Assembly: GCA_965249725.1 (NCBI GenBank)
Contig: OZ252251.1
Coordinates: forward strand, 448,001 to 512,000
Length of the DNA: 64,000 nt
Direction of reading: 5' to 3'
Source: Longimicrobiales bacterium
Lineage (GTDB): Bacteria; Gemmatimonadota; Gemmatimonadetes; Longimicrobiales; Gaopeijiaceae
Position 1 is the first letter of the stretch. Every line of letters starts with the position of its first letter. Both the position numbers and the translations under genes were made by a program. The notes under the pieces are model-generated. The model did no database searches. It was not told the origin of the DNA and was given only the letters and a program-made list of their open reading frames with translations. Below, piece after piece: positions 54,902-64,000 of the stretch.

Positions 54902-56272
54902 ATGAATCGGGAACAACTGCTAAGGCGCTACGAGGAGCTCGGCGCCGAGATCCGGGCGCTCATTACCGAGGCCCCCGAGGGGGTGATCGACGAGGAGCGC
55001 CAGTCCCAGATCGAGGAGCTGAAGGCAACCCGCAAGGGTGTGTTCGCATCGATCCAGGAGCTGGACGCACTCGAGACGGAAGCGCGGGAGCTGGGCACGC
55101 CCCGGAGCTCTGCAGGCCCGGGAGACGGTCTAGCGCCGGGCGACGAGCAGGCGGACACACGCGCGGTCCGGGTCGGGCAACCCCGTGAGGGCGAGGCGCC
55201 GTTCGGGTCGTTCGGCGAGCAGCTGCGAGCTGTAGCGGCGGCGTTCTCGCCGGGCGGCAGTGAATCGATCGATCCGCGGCTACTCCGGGTCCATGAGGAA
55301 GAGAGCGAACGGCGGGCTGCGACGGGGATGTCGCAGACCGATCCGTCGTCGGCGGGCTACCTGGTGGCGCCCGAGTTCTCGCAGCTGATCTTCGACGGTC
55401 TGAAGGAGGACTCCGAGGCGCTGATCGGGCTGACCGACCAGCAGCGGGTGACCGGCGAGTCGCTGACGTTCAACGCGAACGCCGAGACGTCGCGCGCTAC
55501 GGGCTCGAGGTGGGGCGGCGTCCAGGGCTACTGGATCGCGGAAGCGGACGAGATCGCGTCGAGCCGTCCGAAGTTCCGGCAGGTGAAGATCGAGCCGCAC
55601 GAGCTCGCGGTACTGGTCTACACGACGGACAAGCTGCTCCGCAACTCGCCCGCCTCACTCGGCCAGCACGTCGAGCGTGCGGCCCGCGACGAGATCAACT
55701 TCATGACCGGTGACGCGATCGTGAACGGCTCGGGTGCGGGCAAGCCGCTCGGGATCCTGCAGTCAGGCTCACTGATCACGATCTCGAAGGAGACCTCGCA
55801 GGAGACAGCCACGATCGTCCACGCGAACATCTCGAAGATGTGGGCGCGGCTCCATCCGCGCTCGCGTGCGAGGGCCGTGTGGCTGCACAACGTGGACATC
55901 GAGCCTGAGCTCGACAACCTGTTCATGCCCGTGACGAACGTGGCGGGCGCAGAGAACGTGGGCGGGCTCACGAACCTGCTGTTCAACCAGGGGCAGCGCA
56001 CGCTGAAGGGCCGTCCGCTGATCGCGTCCGAGTACTGCGCGACGCTCGGCGCCATGGGCGACCTCATCCTCTGGGATCCGACGGCCTACCTGACCGGGAT
56101 CCGCGAAGGGATCCGGACCGCGATGTCCATGCACGTCCGGTTCGTCTACGCGGAGACCGCTTTCCGCTTCATGTACGAGATCGACGGCCAGCCGTGGCTC
56201 AACGCGGCGCTCACACCGTTCAACGGCTCGAACACGCTGAGCACGCACGTCGCACTCGCAGCGCGCTCCTAA
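54902..56272 (+). CDS. Major capsid protein, HK97 fold with N-terminal delta-like coiled coil
   Basis: AGYLVAPEF, WIAEA, GSGAGKPLGI, TLKGRP, ETAFRF; GGAGG RBS. Confidence 0.93.
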   Translation: MNREQLLRRYEELGAEIRALITEAPEGVIDEERQSQIEELKATRKGVFASIQELDALETEARELGTPRSSAGPGDGLAPGDEQADTRAVRVGQPREGEAPFGSFGEQLRAVAAAFSPGGSESIDPRLLRVHEEESERRAATGMSQTDPSSAGYLVAPEFSQLIFDGLKEDSEALIGLTDQQRVTGESLTFNANAETSRATGSRWGGVQGYWIAEADEIASSRPKFRQVKIEPHELAVLVYTTDKLLRNSPASLGQHVERAARDEINFMTGDAIVNGSGAGKPLGILQSGSLITISKETSQETATIVHANISKMWARLHPRSRARAVWLHNVDIEPELDNLFMPVTNVAGAENVGGLTNLLFNQGQRTLKGRPLIASEYCATLGAMGDLILWDPTAYLTGIREGIRTAMSMHVRFVYAETAFRFMYEIDGQPWLNAALTPFNGSNTLSTHVALAARS

Positions 56273-56289
56273 AGGGGAGGACTGGAACC

Positions 56290-56787
56290 ATGGCTGAGAA
56301 GTTTCTGCAACACGCGACGATCGAGTCCGCGTTCGTGCCTGTGGACATGTCCACGGCGGCGAACACGGGGGACTGGGTCGGGCTGGAGAACTACGAACGT
56401 GTGGTCGCTGTGCTCTTCGGTGCCGTCGGCACCGCAGGCGACGATCCTGCGTTCAAGCTGCAGCAGGCGACGGACGCCTCGGGCACGGGCGCGAAGGATC
56501 TGGAGTTCACGACGATCCACGAGAAGGTCGGCACGCTGACGGATGTGACGGCCTGGACCCGTACGTCACAGGCTGCGGGCACGAGCTACACGAACGCGGC
56601 CAGCGCCGAGAGCCAGAAGCTCATCGCCGTCGAGGTGCAGGCGGACGAGCTCGACGTCGATGGCGGGTTCACGCACATCCAACTGAGCGTGGCGGAGGTG
56701 GGCGACAATGGCCAGATCGGCTGCGGGTTCTACATCCTGCTCGAGCCGCGCTATCCGCAGGCGAGCGTCGAGAGCGCACTGGCCTAA
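56290..56787 (+). CDS. Putative head decoration/cement protein
   Basis: Beta-rich 165-aa protein immediately after capsid with strong RBS. Confidence 0.55.
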   Translation: MAEKFLQHATIESAFVPVDMSTAANTGDWVGLENYERVVAVLFGAVGTAGDDPAFKLQQATDASGTGAKDLEFTTIHEKVGTLTDVTAWTRTSQAAGTSYTNAASAESQKLIAVEVQADELDVDGGFTHIQLSVAEVGDNGQIGCGFYILLEPRYPQASVESALA

Positions 56788-57086
56788 TGCGAGTGCTCAT
56801 GAGACACGGCTCGAAGCGGGGCCAGGTCCACGAGGTGCCGCTGCATGTGGCGCGCCGGATGCTGGATGCCGGTGTCGCGGAGCGGGTCCGCGACGATCTG
56901 CGGATCACCGACATCGAGCGGGCCGTGCACACGGTGCCCGAGACGGCCGAGACGCCGGATCTGGCGGGTCTCACGATCCGGCAGCTGGCCGAGATCGCTG
57001 CGGCCCGTGGGATCGTGGTGAGCCGGGGCGACGGCAAGGCGGGTCGACCGACGCGGGCGGACTATGTGCGTCACCTGGGAGCGTGA
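56787..57086 (+). CDS. Small phage protein with HeH/Rho-N-like C-terminus
   Basis: TAATG coupling; LTIRQLAEIAAARGI...TRADYV pattern. Confidence 0.55.
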   Translation: MRVLMRHGSKRGQVHEVPLHVARRMLDAGVAERVRDDLRITDIERAVHTVPETAETPDLAGLTIRQLAEIAAARGIVVSRGDGKAGRPTRADYVRHLGA

Positions 57087-57668
57087 ATGGACTACGCGAT
57101 CTCGGGAGTGACCCGAGTGGGAGCGAAGGAACCGCTGGAGCCCGAGGAAGCGAAGGCGCACCTGAAGCTCGACGGGACGGACGACGACGACCTGATCAAG
57201 GCCATGATCCCAGCGGTCGCCGGGTCCGTCGAAGACGTGCAGGCGCGGGTGTTCAGGAAGGGCACGATCGAGCTCTGGCTGCCGGGCTGGCCCGAGAGCG
57301 GCGTCATCCGGATACCGCGCTTTCCGCTCGTGAGCGTGGACGCGGTCGAGTACCTGAAGGCGGGCGAAGTCGGCTGGACCACGTATCCGGCGTCGAACTA
57401 CCGGGTGCTCACGGACCGGACGCCGCCGCGGATCGTGCTGAAGAAGGACGCGCGCTGGCCCACGGCCAGCCTCGAGGCCGGCGACGCGGTCAGGGTGAGC
57501 TTCACGGCCGGATACGAGGACGGGAAAGTCCCCGAGAAGGCGAAGCAGACGATCAGGCTCCTGCTCGGGCATTGGTACGAGAACCGTGGCGCGGTCGAGG
57601 TCGGCACGGCCGCCACCACGATCCCCGACAGCTACCGGGCGCTCGTGCTGAGTGACCGGCTGTGGTGA
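57087..57668 (+). CDS. Head-tail connector (gp6-like adaptor)
   Basis: EPL...EAKAHLKLD...FTAGY...LLGHWYENR. Confidence 0.9.
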   Translation: MDYAISGVTRVGAKEPLEPEEAKAHLKLDGTDDDDLIKAMIPAVAGSVEDVQARVFRKGTIELWLPGWPESGVIRIPRFPLVSVDAVEYLKAGEVGWTTYPASNYRVLTDRTPPRIVLKKDARWPTASLEAGDAVRVSFTAGYEDGKVPEKAKQTIRLLLGHWYENRGAVEVGTAATTIPDSYRALVLSDRLW

Positions 57669-57991
57669 GGATTGGGGCGCTGGATCGCCGGATCGAGCTG
57701 CAGCGCTTCACGCTGACGATGGACGGCGATCCGACGAGCGGCGCCTGGGTGACGGTCCACACGGTGTGGGCCGAGAAGATGGACAAGGGCGGTGCGGAGA
57801 AGTTCGTGAGCGCGGCGGAGATCGCGGAGGCAACTGCGGTCTACCGGATCCGCTACCTGGCGGACGTGGATCCGAGCTGGCGGCTGAAGCATGGAGGCGA
57901 CCTGTGGGACATCGAGGGGACGGTCGAGGGGGCGGGCCGCAAACGTGAGACGCTGCTCCTTGTGAGCCGTCACGATCCGGGAGATCGCTAG
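57662..57991 (+). CDS. Head closure protein (SPP1 gp16-like)
   Basis: IGALDRRIELQ, TVWA and YRIRY motifs; position. Confidence 0.88.
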   Translation: MVRIGALDRRIELQRFTLTMDGDPTSGAWVTVHTVWAEKMDKGGAEKFVSAAEIAEATAVYRIRYLADVDPSWRLKHGGDLWDIEGTVEGAGRKRETLLLVSRHDPGDR

Positions 57992-58428
57992 TGGCCGAGG
58001 TGAGCGTACGCATCAGGGGCGAGAAGGACGTGATACGCCAGCTCAAGCGGGTCGAGGGCTCCGTGCGTGCCGAGCTGATCAAGGCGGAGTTGGAGGACGC
58101 GGCTGAGTTGGTTGTCGCGGATGCGAAGCGCCGGGCACCCTCATCCACGATCGCCGACGGGATCCAGGTCCTGAACACCGAGGTCGAGAGCAGCGGCAAG
58201 GTGACGACCGAGGTGGGCCTGGTTGGCGGCCGGAGGCCCTGGTTCTATGGGCTCTTCATCGAGTTCGGCACGGGACCACGCGTGCAGAAGACGACAGGCC
58301 GCCGGACGGGCTCGATGCCCGCGACGCCGTTCCTCAGGCCCGCGTTCGATGCCCAGAAATCCAACGTCGCCGCGCGCTTCAGTGCTGGTATCAAACGACG
58401 GCTCGCCGGGATCGCGAGTCGTGGCTGA
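57991..58428 (+). CDS. HK97 gp10-like neck/tail completion protein
   Basis: AKRRAP, FIEFGT and MPATPFLRPAFD motifs. Confidence 0.9.
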   Translation: MAEVSVRIRGEKDVIRQLKRVEGSVRAELIKAELEDAAELVVADAKRRAPSSTIADGIQVLNTEVESSGKVTTEVGLVGGRRPWFYGLFIEFGTGPRVQKTTGRRTGSMPATPFLRPAFDAQKSNVAARFSAGIKRRLAGIASRG

Positions 58429-58825
58429 CCATGTGGCGGCGGTGCGTTCGCAGCTGCTCGCGCATGCCGGTACGGCGGCGCTCGTAGGGGACAGGGTATG
58501 GCACTCCGCGCTACCGCAGGAGGAGAAGGGCAAGCCCTACATGCCGGCCATCGTCGTCCAGCAGATCAGCGGCGTGGCCGAGCATGTGATGGGCGGCACG
58601 GCCGGGATCGTGAGCCTGCGCATCCAGGTCGATGTGTGGGCCAAGAACCGCCCTGACTGTCAGGCGCTCACCGAGCAGGTGAGGGCTGCGCTGCAGAGCT
58701 ACAGCGGCACGCACGGCGGCGTGACGCTGACGTTCGTGGGCACCTTCGAGGGTGCGCCCGCGTTGGATCCGGAAGCGAAGCTGTGGCGTGCGATACAGGA
58801 CTTCGAGCTATGGGGGAGCGAGTGA
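58421..58825 (+). CDS. Tail terminator (DUF3168-like)
   Basis: LVGDRV, P.IV.QQIS and RIQVDVWA motifs; position. Confidence 0.8.
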   Translation: MADHVAAVRSQLLAHAGTAALVGDRVWHSALPQEEKGKPYMPAIVVQQISGVAEHVMGGTAGIVSLRIQVDVWAKNRPDCQALTEQVRAALQSYSGTHGGVTLTFVGTFEGAPALDPEAKLWRAIQDFELWGSE

Positions 58826-58826
58826 T

Positions 58827-59540
58827 ATGGCCCAAGTGAAGCTAGACCAGAAGGTCTTTCTCGGTGGCTATGAACTGAGCACGCGGCATACTCAGGTCGC
58901 CGAGTCCGCCGAGATCGAGGAGCTCGACGCCACGACCTTCGGGTCGGACACGAAGATCGCCGAGCCGGGGCTCAAGGGTTACGGGCTGTCCGGTGAAGGG
59001 CTCTGGGCTGGCGGCGACCATGAGATCGACGACGTGCTCTTCGATCAGCAGCGCGCGCGCGACCTACCCGTCACGATCGCCGGGCTCGACGGCGAGGTGG
59101 GGAGCCCCGTCCGTTCCATGCTTGCCATGATCGGTAGCTACGAGTTCAGCGGCGGGCACGGCGAACTCATGACCGTCAGCTACGCACTCGGTGCGATGGA
59201 CGCGCCAGTTCACGGCCGCATCCTCCATAACGCCGAGGCCACGGGCGTTGTCACCGGAGAACCCGTCGAGCTCGGGGCCGTGGGCACCGGCCAGAAGATC
59301 CACGGCGTGCTCCACGTGTTCGCCGGTGACAGCGCGCTCACCGTCAAGATCCAGAGCGCGACCGACGAGGCGTTCACCACGCCCGTGAGCCGGATCGCCT
59401 TCGCCGCCGTCGCCACCGGCATCTCGCGTGCCTACCAGTGGGCCACGCCCGTCGTCGCGCCCGCTTCGCACACCTGGTGGCGGGCCACATCCGCCAACCG
59501 CAAAACCCGCCGTTTCGCGGTGATCGCAGCCATCCGATGA
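58827..59540 (+). CDS. Tail-tube-like protein 1 with extra C-terminal domain
   Basis: EELDATTFGSDTKIAEPGLK and GGHGEL shared with next gene. Confidence 0.65.
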   Translation: MAQVKLDQKVFLGGYELSTRHTQVAESAEIEELDATTFGSDTKIAEPGLKGYGLSGEGLWAGGDHEIDDVLFDQQRARDLPVTIAGLDGEVGSPVRSMLAMIGSYEFSGGHGELMTVSYALGAMDAPVHGRILHNAEATGVVTGEPVELGAVGTGQKIHGVLHVFAGDSALTVKIQSATDEAFTTPVSRIAFAAVATGISRAYQWATPVVAPASHTWWRATSANRKTRRFAVIAAIR

Positions 59541-59562
59541 GGAAGAACTAGGAGAGAGATCC

Positions 59563-59973
59563 ATGCCACACGTGCTCACCAAAGCCTACCTGTCCGTCAA
59601 CTCGGTCGATTACTCGAGTTCCATCAAGTCGCTCAGCATGTCGATGTCCGTCGAGGAGCTCGACGCTTCGGTCATGGGCAGCGACACGAAGATCTCTGAA
59701 CCCGGCCTCAAGGAGTTCAGCCTACAGGCCGAGTTCCTCACCGACTTCGCAGCTTCCGGGCTCGACAAGAAGCTCTGGGACCTATGGGACGCACGCTCGA
59801 AGGTCCCCATCGAGGTCAGGCCCGATTCCGGAGCCGTCAGCACCTCCAACCCCAAGTACACGTTCAAAGGGTTCACCAGCAGCTTCGACGGGCTCGGCGG
59901 CGGCCACGGCGAGCTCGCCATGGCGAGCGTCACCATCAAGAACACCACCAAGCTCACTCGCGCCACTTCGTAA
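59563..59973 (+). CDS. Major tail tube protein
   Basis: EELDASVMGSDTKISEPGLK, STSNPKY, GGHGEL; directly before chaperone. Confidence 0.78.
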   Translation: MPHVLTKAYLSVNSVDYSSSIKSLSMSMSVEELDASVMGSDTKISEPGLKEFSLQAEFLTDFAASGLDKKLWDLWDARSKVPIEVRPDSGAVSTSNPKYTFKGFTSSFDGLGGGHGELAMASVTIKNTTKLTRATS

Positions 59974-59987
59974 GAGGGAGAGGTCCA

Positions 59988-60329
59988 ATGCCTGCAAAGA
60001 AGAAGCCACCGCTCGATAAGGCCGGCATCCTCGCGTTCGACGACCGGCCGATCGAGAAGTTCAAGGTGCCTGAGTGGGGCGGGCGCGAGGTGCGGCTCAG
60101 GGCGCCCAGCATGGGCGACATACTGCGCATCCAGAGCCTGGCCGAAGCGGAAGGCGGCCCCGAGCTCATACGGCTCGGCATGGTCGGTGAGGACGGCCTG
60201 CCGATCTTCGATGCCGCCGAAGTCGACCAGCTGATGAGCCGCAACGTCGGGGCGCTGAACCGGATCGCCACTCGGCTGGCCGAGATGGTCGGCGTCACCA
60301 CGACCGTGAGCGATGAAGCGGGAAACTGA
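59988..60329 (+). CDS. Tail assembly chaperone (gpG-like)
   Basis: VPEWGG.EV.LR motif; ends G GGA AAC TGA slippery site. Confidence 0.85.
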   Translation: MPAKKKPPLDKAGILAFDDRPIEKFKVPEWGGREVRLRAPSMGDILRIQSLAEAEGGPELIRLGMVGEDGLPIFDAAEVDQLMSRNVGALNRIATRLAEMVGVTTTVSDEAGN

Positions 60330-60544
60330 CGGCTCATCCCGCGCTCTACTTCGCGCACTTCCTCGCGCGGGAGCTCGGGATGAGCGTCAGCCAGCTGGGC
60401 CACTCGATGGGTTGGCCTGAGTTCATACGCTGGGCTGCGTTCTATGAACTCGAGGAGCGCGGCGACAGCGGCGGCGGGCACCGCGGACGAGCGCGCGGCA
60501 TGGCCCGTGAAGCGATCCGCCATACGCGGGGAGGTAGCGGCTAG
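60320..60544 (+). CDS. -1 frameshift extension of tail chaperone (gpT-like)
   Basis: Not in ORF track; -1 frame reads KLTAHPALYFAHFLARELGMSVSQL...EFIRWAAFYELE, stop at 60544. Confidence 0.8.
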   Translation, partial: GKLTAHPALYFAHFLARELGMSVSQLGHSMGWPEFIRWAAFYELEERGDSGGGHRGRARGMAREAIRHTRGGSG

Positions 60545-60547
60545 ACC

Positions 60548-63209
60548 ATGGCTACGCTAGGCCGTCTGCACGTCGACCTGATCGCCAACACCCAGGCGTT
60601 CCAGAAGGGCCTCGCAGGCGCACAGAAATCGTTCCAGTCCGTCGGGCGATCGATGGCCAATGTCGGCAAGTCGCTGTCGGCGGGAGTGACGCTCCCGATC
60701 GTCGGCGTCGGTGTCGCAGCATTCAAGATGGCGGCCGACTCGGCGGAAGCGGCCTCGAAGATGCAGGCCGTGTTCGGTGGCGCCACACAGGACCTGAACG
60801 CCTGGATCGCCGATCTGCGGGATACTATCCCGGAGACCACAGCGAGCCTTCAGGGCATGACTTCCGGGATTGGGGACCTCCTGGTCCCGCTCGGGATCGC
60901 GCCCGACAAGGCGCAGGACATGACCAAGAGTGTGGTCAAGCTCGCAGGCGATCTCGCGTCGTTCAACAACATCCCTATGGCCGAAGCGCTCGAGCGCATC
61001 CGCTCCGGGCTCGTCGGCCAGAACGAGCCCCTGTTGAACTTCGGCGTGGCCATCGACGCGGCGGGAGTGAAAGCCCGGGCCCTGTCGATGGGCCTCATCC
61101 AACAGGGCGAGGATCTCGACGCAGCCAGCCGAGCCCAAGCCGCTTTCGTGCTCATTGTCGAGGGCACTACGGCGGCCCAAGGGGACGCCGCCAAGACCGC
61201 CGCGTCTGCTGCGAATCAGCTGAAGTTCCTCTGGTCCGAGACGAAGGAGGCCGCTGCCGTGCTCGGCACCGAGCTCCTGCCGGTCATTACCCCACTCATC
61301 ACGAAGGCGGCTGACTTCGCGGAGAACGTCTCCAAGCTAACGGACAGCCAGAAGAAGATGGTCGTCGTGACCGCCGCGGCCGTCGCGGCGCTCGGTCCGT
61401 TCCTCATCGTGCTCGGGTCGATGACGGGCGGGTTCGGTTCGCTCCTGGTCGTCGCCGACGAAGATCCCGGCCGCCATAACAGCTATCAAGGTTGCGGTCC
61501 TGGCGGCGAACCCGGTCACGCTCGCGATCGTCGCGGCCATCGGCGTGCTCACTGCGGCGTTCGTCCTCCTGGATTCGGAGGGACGAGCCAAGGTGCTCGG
61601 CGCGCTCAAGAAGATGGCCGATAAGTTCAAGGCCTTCACCGCACCGATAGCGAACATGGTCAAGGCCGTCGGCCGCATGACCCTGCAGTTCATCGGCCTC
61701 TGGCTGGAGGTACAGGCGACTGTTCTCGCGATCGTCGAGGCCATCGCGACGGGTATTTGGGATTGGTTCGTCGAGTGGCTCGCCCCGCTCGGCCAATGGC
61801 TGTGGGACAAGGTGCTCGAGCCCTTCATCGGAGTGCTCGCGATGGTGGCCAACAAGATCTCCGGGTGGGCCGGCAAGGTCACGGGCTTATTCCGCAGGTT
61901 CCGGAGCAAGGTGACGGGCGAAGAGGTCGAGCCGATGGCCGAGCAGGTGCAGAATCTCTTCAGCGGCATGAAGGACACCGTGACGAACACGGTGACGGGC
62001 ATGAAGGACACCGTGACGAACACGGTGACGGGCATGGCGAGGGCCGTCGTGGGCGCGGTCAAGGGCATGGGAACGGATGTGGTCCCGCCAGTTCAGCAAA
62101 TGCGCCTCGCTGTGGTCGGAGAAGTGATCCAAATGGGTGTCGCCGTTCAGCCGCTGATGGAGAAGATGAAGGCGAACGTCACGGTGCCGTTGATCGACGC
62201 CGGCACCCAAGCGCAGATGTCGATGACGGCGATGAAGGACGCCATCGCCGGGCCTGGCGGGATCCTTAGTGAATTCGGTGGCGATACGGGCAAGAGGGTC
62301 CAGGCCATCGTCAGCAACGTCACGGGCAAGTGGGGCGCGCTACGTGGCGTGCTGGAGCGGGGCGATTTCGATGTCTCTGGGTTCACAGCCCTCAAGGAAT
62401 CGGGCCTGAAAATCCTAGGCGGTCTGCTGAGCAAGGCCGGCGGGATCGCCAAGAAGCTGTTCGGGCTGTTTAAGGGCGGTGGTGGCTTGTTCGGCAAGAT
62501 CGGCGGCCTGTTTAAGGGCGGCCTCGGCAAGATCGGCGGCGCGGTGCTGTCGGGGCTCGGTTCCGTCGGCAGTGCAGCGGCCGGCGTACTCTCGGCGGTC
62601 GCACCTGTACTCTCGGCGGCCGTGCCCGTGCTTGCAATCGCCGGGGCTGGCTATTTGGGCTTCAAAGGCATCAAGGCGCTAACGGGAGCCGGGGCCAGCC
62701 AACGCTTCACCGAAGAGGAGAAGCGCCAGCTCGGCGAATCGAATGCTGCGATTGCTGGTCGTCGCGGAGAGGCAGAGGGGCTCGGCCTTATACGGCCCCT
62801 CTGGACCGCAGCCGACGCCAAAGACCTGGGCGGTGTCGGTGGCGAAGTGGGGCGTCTCGGCCTTGGGCTAACGCCGGCCTTCGAGGCCACCAATCAAGCG
62901 GTATCTCGGATCATTGACGGCCAGGCCAGGACCGATAGCCGACTCGACGACGTGAGTGTCCACATCGCCCACGCCGTTTCAGTGCTGGAGCGGATCGCGG
63001 GCCACACGGAGCGTTTCACGTCCCAGATCAGGCGGGTGCGCGAGCGAATTGATCCCGGGTACTACGACGGCCGGATCCATGGCGGAAGCGAGCAACCGCT
63101 GGACGTCATAGTCAACATCAACGTGGACAGTCTGGACAGCGAGTTCGGGCTGGCCCAGCGGCGGACGGAGCGTGTCGTCGGGGGCCGCGGCGGCGACTAC
63201 GGCAAATGA
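60548..63209 (+). CDS. Tail tape measure protein, apparent +1 frameshift near 61455
   Basis: MATLGRLHVDL, AGDLASFNN, ANPV and 11-aa periodicity (33-bp duplication at 61965/61998); two ORFs joined by removing one base. Confidence 0.88.
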
Positions 63210-64000
63210 GGATTACGCTGAGATCGGCCCCGGAGTTCGTCTCAAGCTCCAGGGTGCTGACGGTTGCGGACGTCGAGGTCGGCTCCCTGGCCGAACAGGT
63301 TGGCCAGATCCCCGGCGCTCTGACCTTCCGTGCGCTGCGCTCGGAGCACTGGATCGACGACGCGATGCCCGGCCGCGTCGTGTCGCTCGAGGCGCGGGGC
63401 CGGGTGCACGAGTTCTGGGTCTCGCAGCGTCGCGATACGCTGAGGTCCGAGCTGGCCGTATTCCAGTGCGACCCCATCCACACGGTGCTCCGCGACGCCG
63501 GTGTGCTGGACTGGCTGTCTTCGGACGGCATGTCGCACGTCAACCTCGGCGGCCCGGACGGCGGCATGAGCTTCCGCAATTTCTGGTGGACGTTCGTGCG
63601 ACCGTTCCTGCGGCGGCGTGACGTGACCTGGATCGAGCTCGGAACGGTCGAGAGCGACACGCGGCTCCGCCACTCGTGGGAGGGCGTCACCCCCCAGGCC
63701 GTCATCGTCGCACTAGCCGTGCAGCTGCGCCACGAATGGCGGTTGCGCCGTGACTCGGCGAACAGCGTCTACCGCCTCGACGTGGGCGCCGAGCTCGGGG
63801 CGGACGCGGACGTTGCTGGCGTCGGCGAGGGGCTCAACCTTCTGACGCTCAGGCGCCAGATGGACCGCGAGGATATGGCGACGGTCCTACGACCGATCGG
63901 CGTCTTGGAGTCCGGCGCGCCAGCCGACATAAGTCAGGCGCTTTGGGTCGTGACGGCCGTCAGCGGAAACACGATCACTCTGGCACCCCATTCGATGATC
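63206..64000 (+). CDS. Tail tip/hub (Tal-like) minor tail protein, partial
   Basis: Not in ORF track; ATGA overlap at 63206, MRITLRSAPEF...GLNLLTLRRQMDREDMATVLRPIG..., open to window end. Confidence 0.6.
   Translation, partial: MRITLRSAPEFVSSSRVLTVADVEVGSLAEQVGQIPGALTFRALRSEHWIDDAMPGRVVSLEARGRVHEFWVSQRRDTLRSELAVFQCDPIHTVLRDAGVLDWLSSDGMSHVNLGGPDGGMSFRNFWWTFVRPFLRRRDVTWIELGTVESDTRLRHSWEGVTPQAVIVALAVQLRHEWRLRRDSANSVYRLDVGAELGADADVAGVGEGLNLLTLRRQMDREDMATVLRPIGVLESGAPADISQALWVVTAVSGNTITLAPHSMI

Larger units (their letters stand above)
44200..64000 (+). mobile_element. HK97-like siphovirus prophage (replication/modification and morphogenesis modules), left end missing, continues past window
   Basis: Co-directional, tightly overlapping genes in canonical order: HNH, terS, terL, portal, protease, capsid, neck, tube, chaperone, TMP, tail. 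Confidence 0.93.

Noticed and set aside
61965..62036. 33-bp duplication as a diversity-generating TR/VR pair
   Set aside because: Exact tandem copy matching normal 11-aa tape-measure periodicity; no adenine-specific variation and no reverse transcriptase in the window.
44200..64000. Gene transfer agent or tailocin
   Set aside because: Replication initiator, methyltransferases and an HNH/cos packaging module indicate a prophage; domestication cannot be excluded but is unsupported.
1..64000. tRNA or rRNA genes and att sites
   Set aside because: None recognised by eye; tRNAscan-SE and a repeat search including sequence beyond the window would be needed to exclude them.

Overview
High-GC bacterial DNA in two parts. 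The gene content suggests Gemmatimonadota or a relative (inference). Part 1, 1 to about 44200, is host chromosome. It holds TPR and outer-membrane proteins and a ~10.7 kb minus-strand operon: comDE-like decarboxylase, D-aminoacylase, DUF5916 outer-membrane protein, peptide ABC transporter interrupted by a vapBC module, and an oxidoreductase. It also has an aldo/keto reductase, dapB, a PP2C phosphatase, an amidase-CHRD fusion, two apparently exported HpcH-like paralogues, a DUF1592/DUF1552/ankyrin cluster, a frameshifted PafA-like phosphatase, an Ig-repeat lipoprotein and a specialised type II fatty-acid cluster. Part 2, from an abrupt junction near 44200 to the window end, is an HK97-like siphovirus prophage with no visible integrase or repressor. 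It carries DNA methyltransferases, a replication initiator with internal iteron-like repeats, HNH, terminase, portal-MuF fusion, protease, capsid, neck and tail genes. The most unusual signal is a tandem pair of ~100-nt structured RNA-like repeats between the prohead protease and major capsid genes, followed by competing and RBS-sequestering hairpins. Also notable are a C5 methyltransferase split across two overlapping reading frames, a DnaJ-type zinc-finger insert in the large terminase, and duplicated tail-tube-like genes. All family assignments come from motif recognition by eye; no database searches were run.
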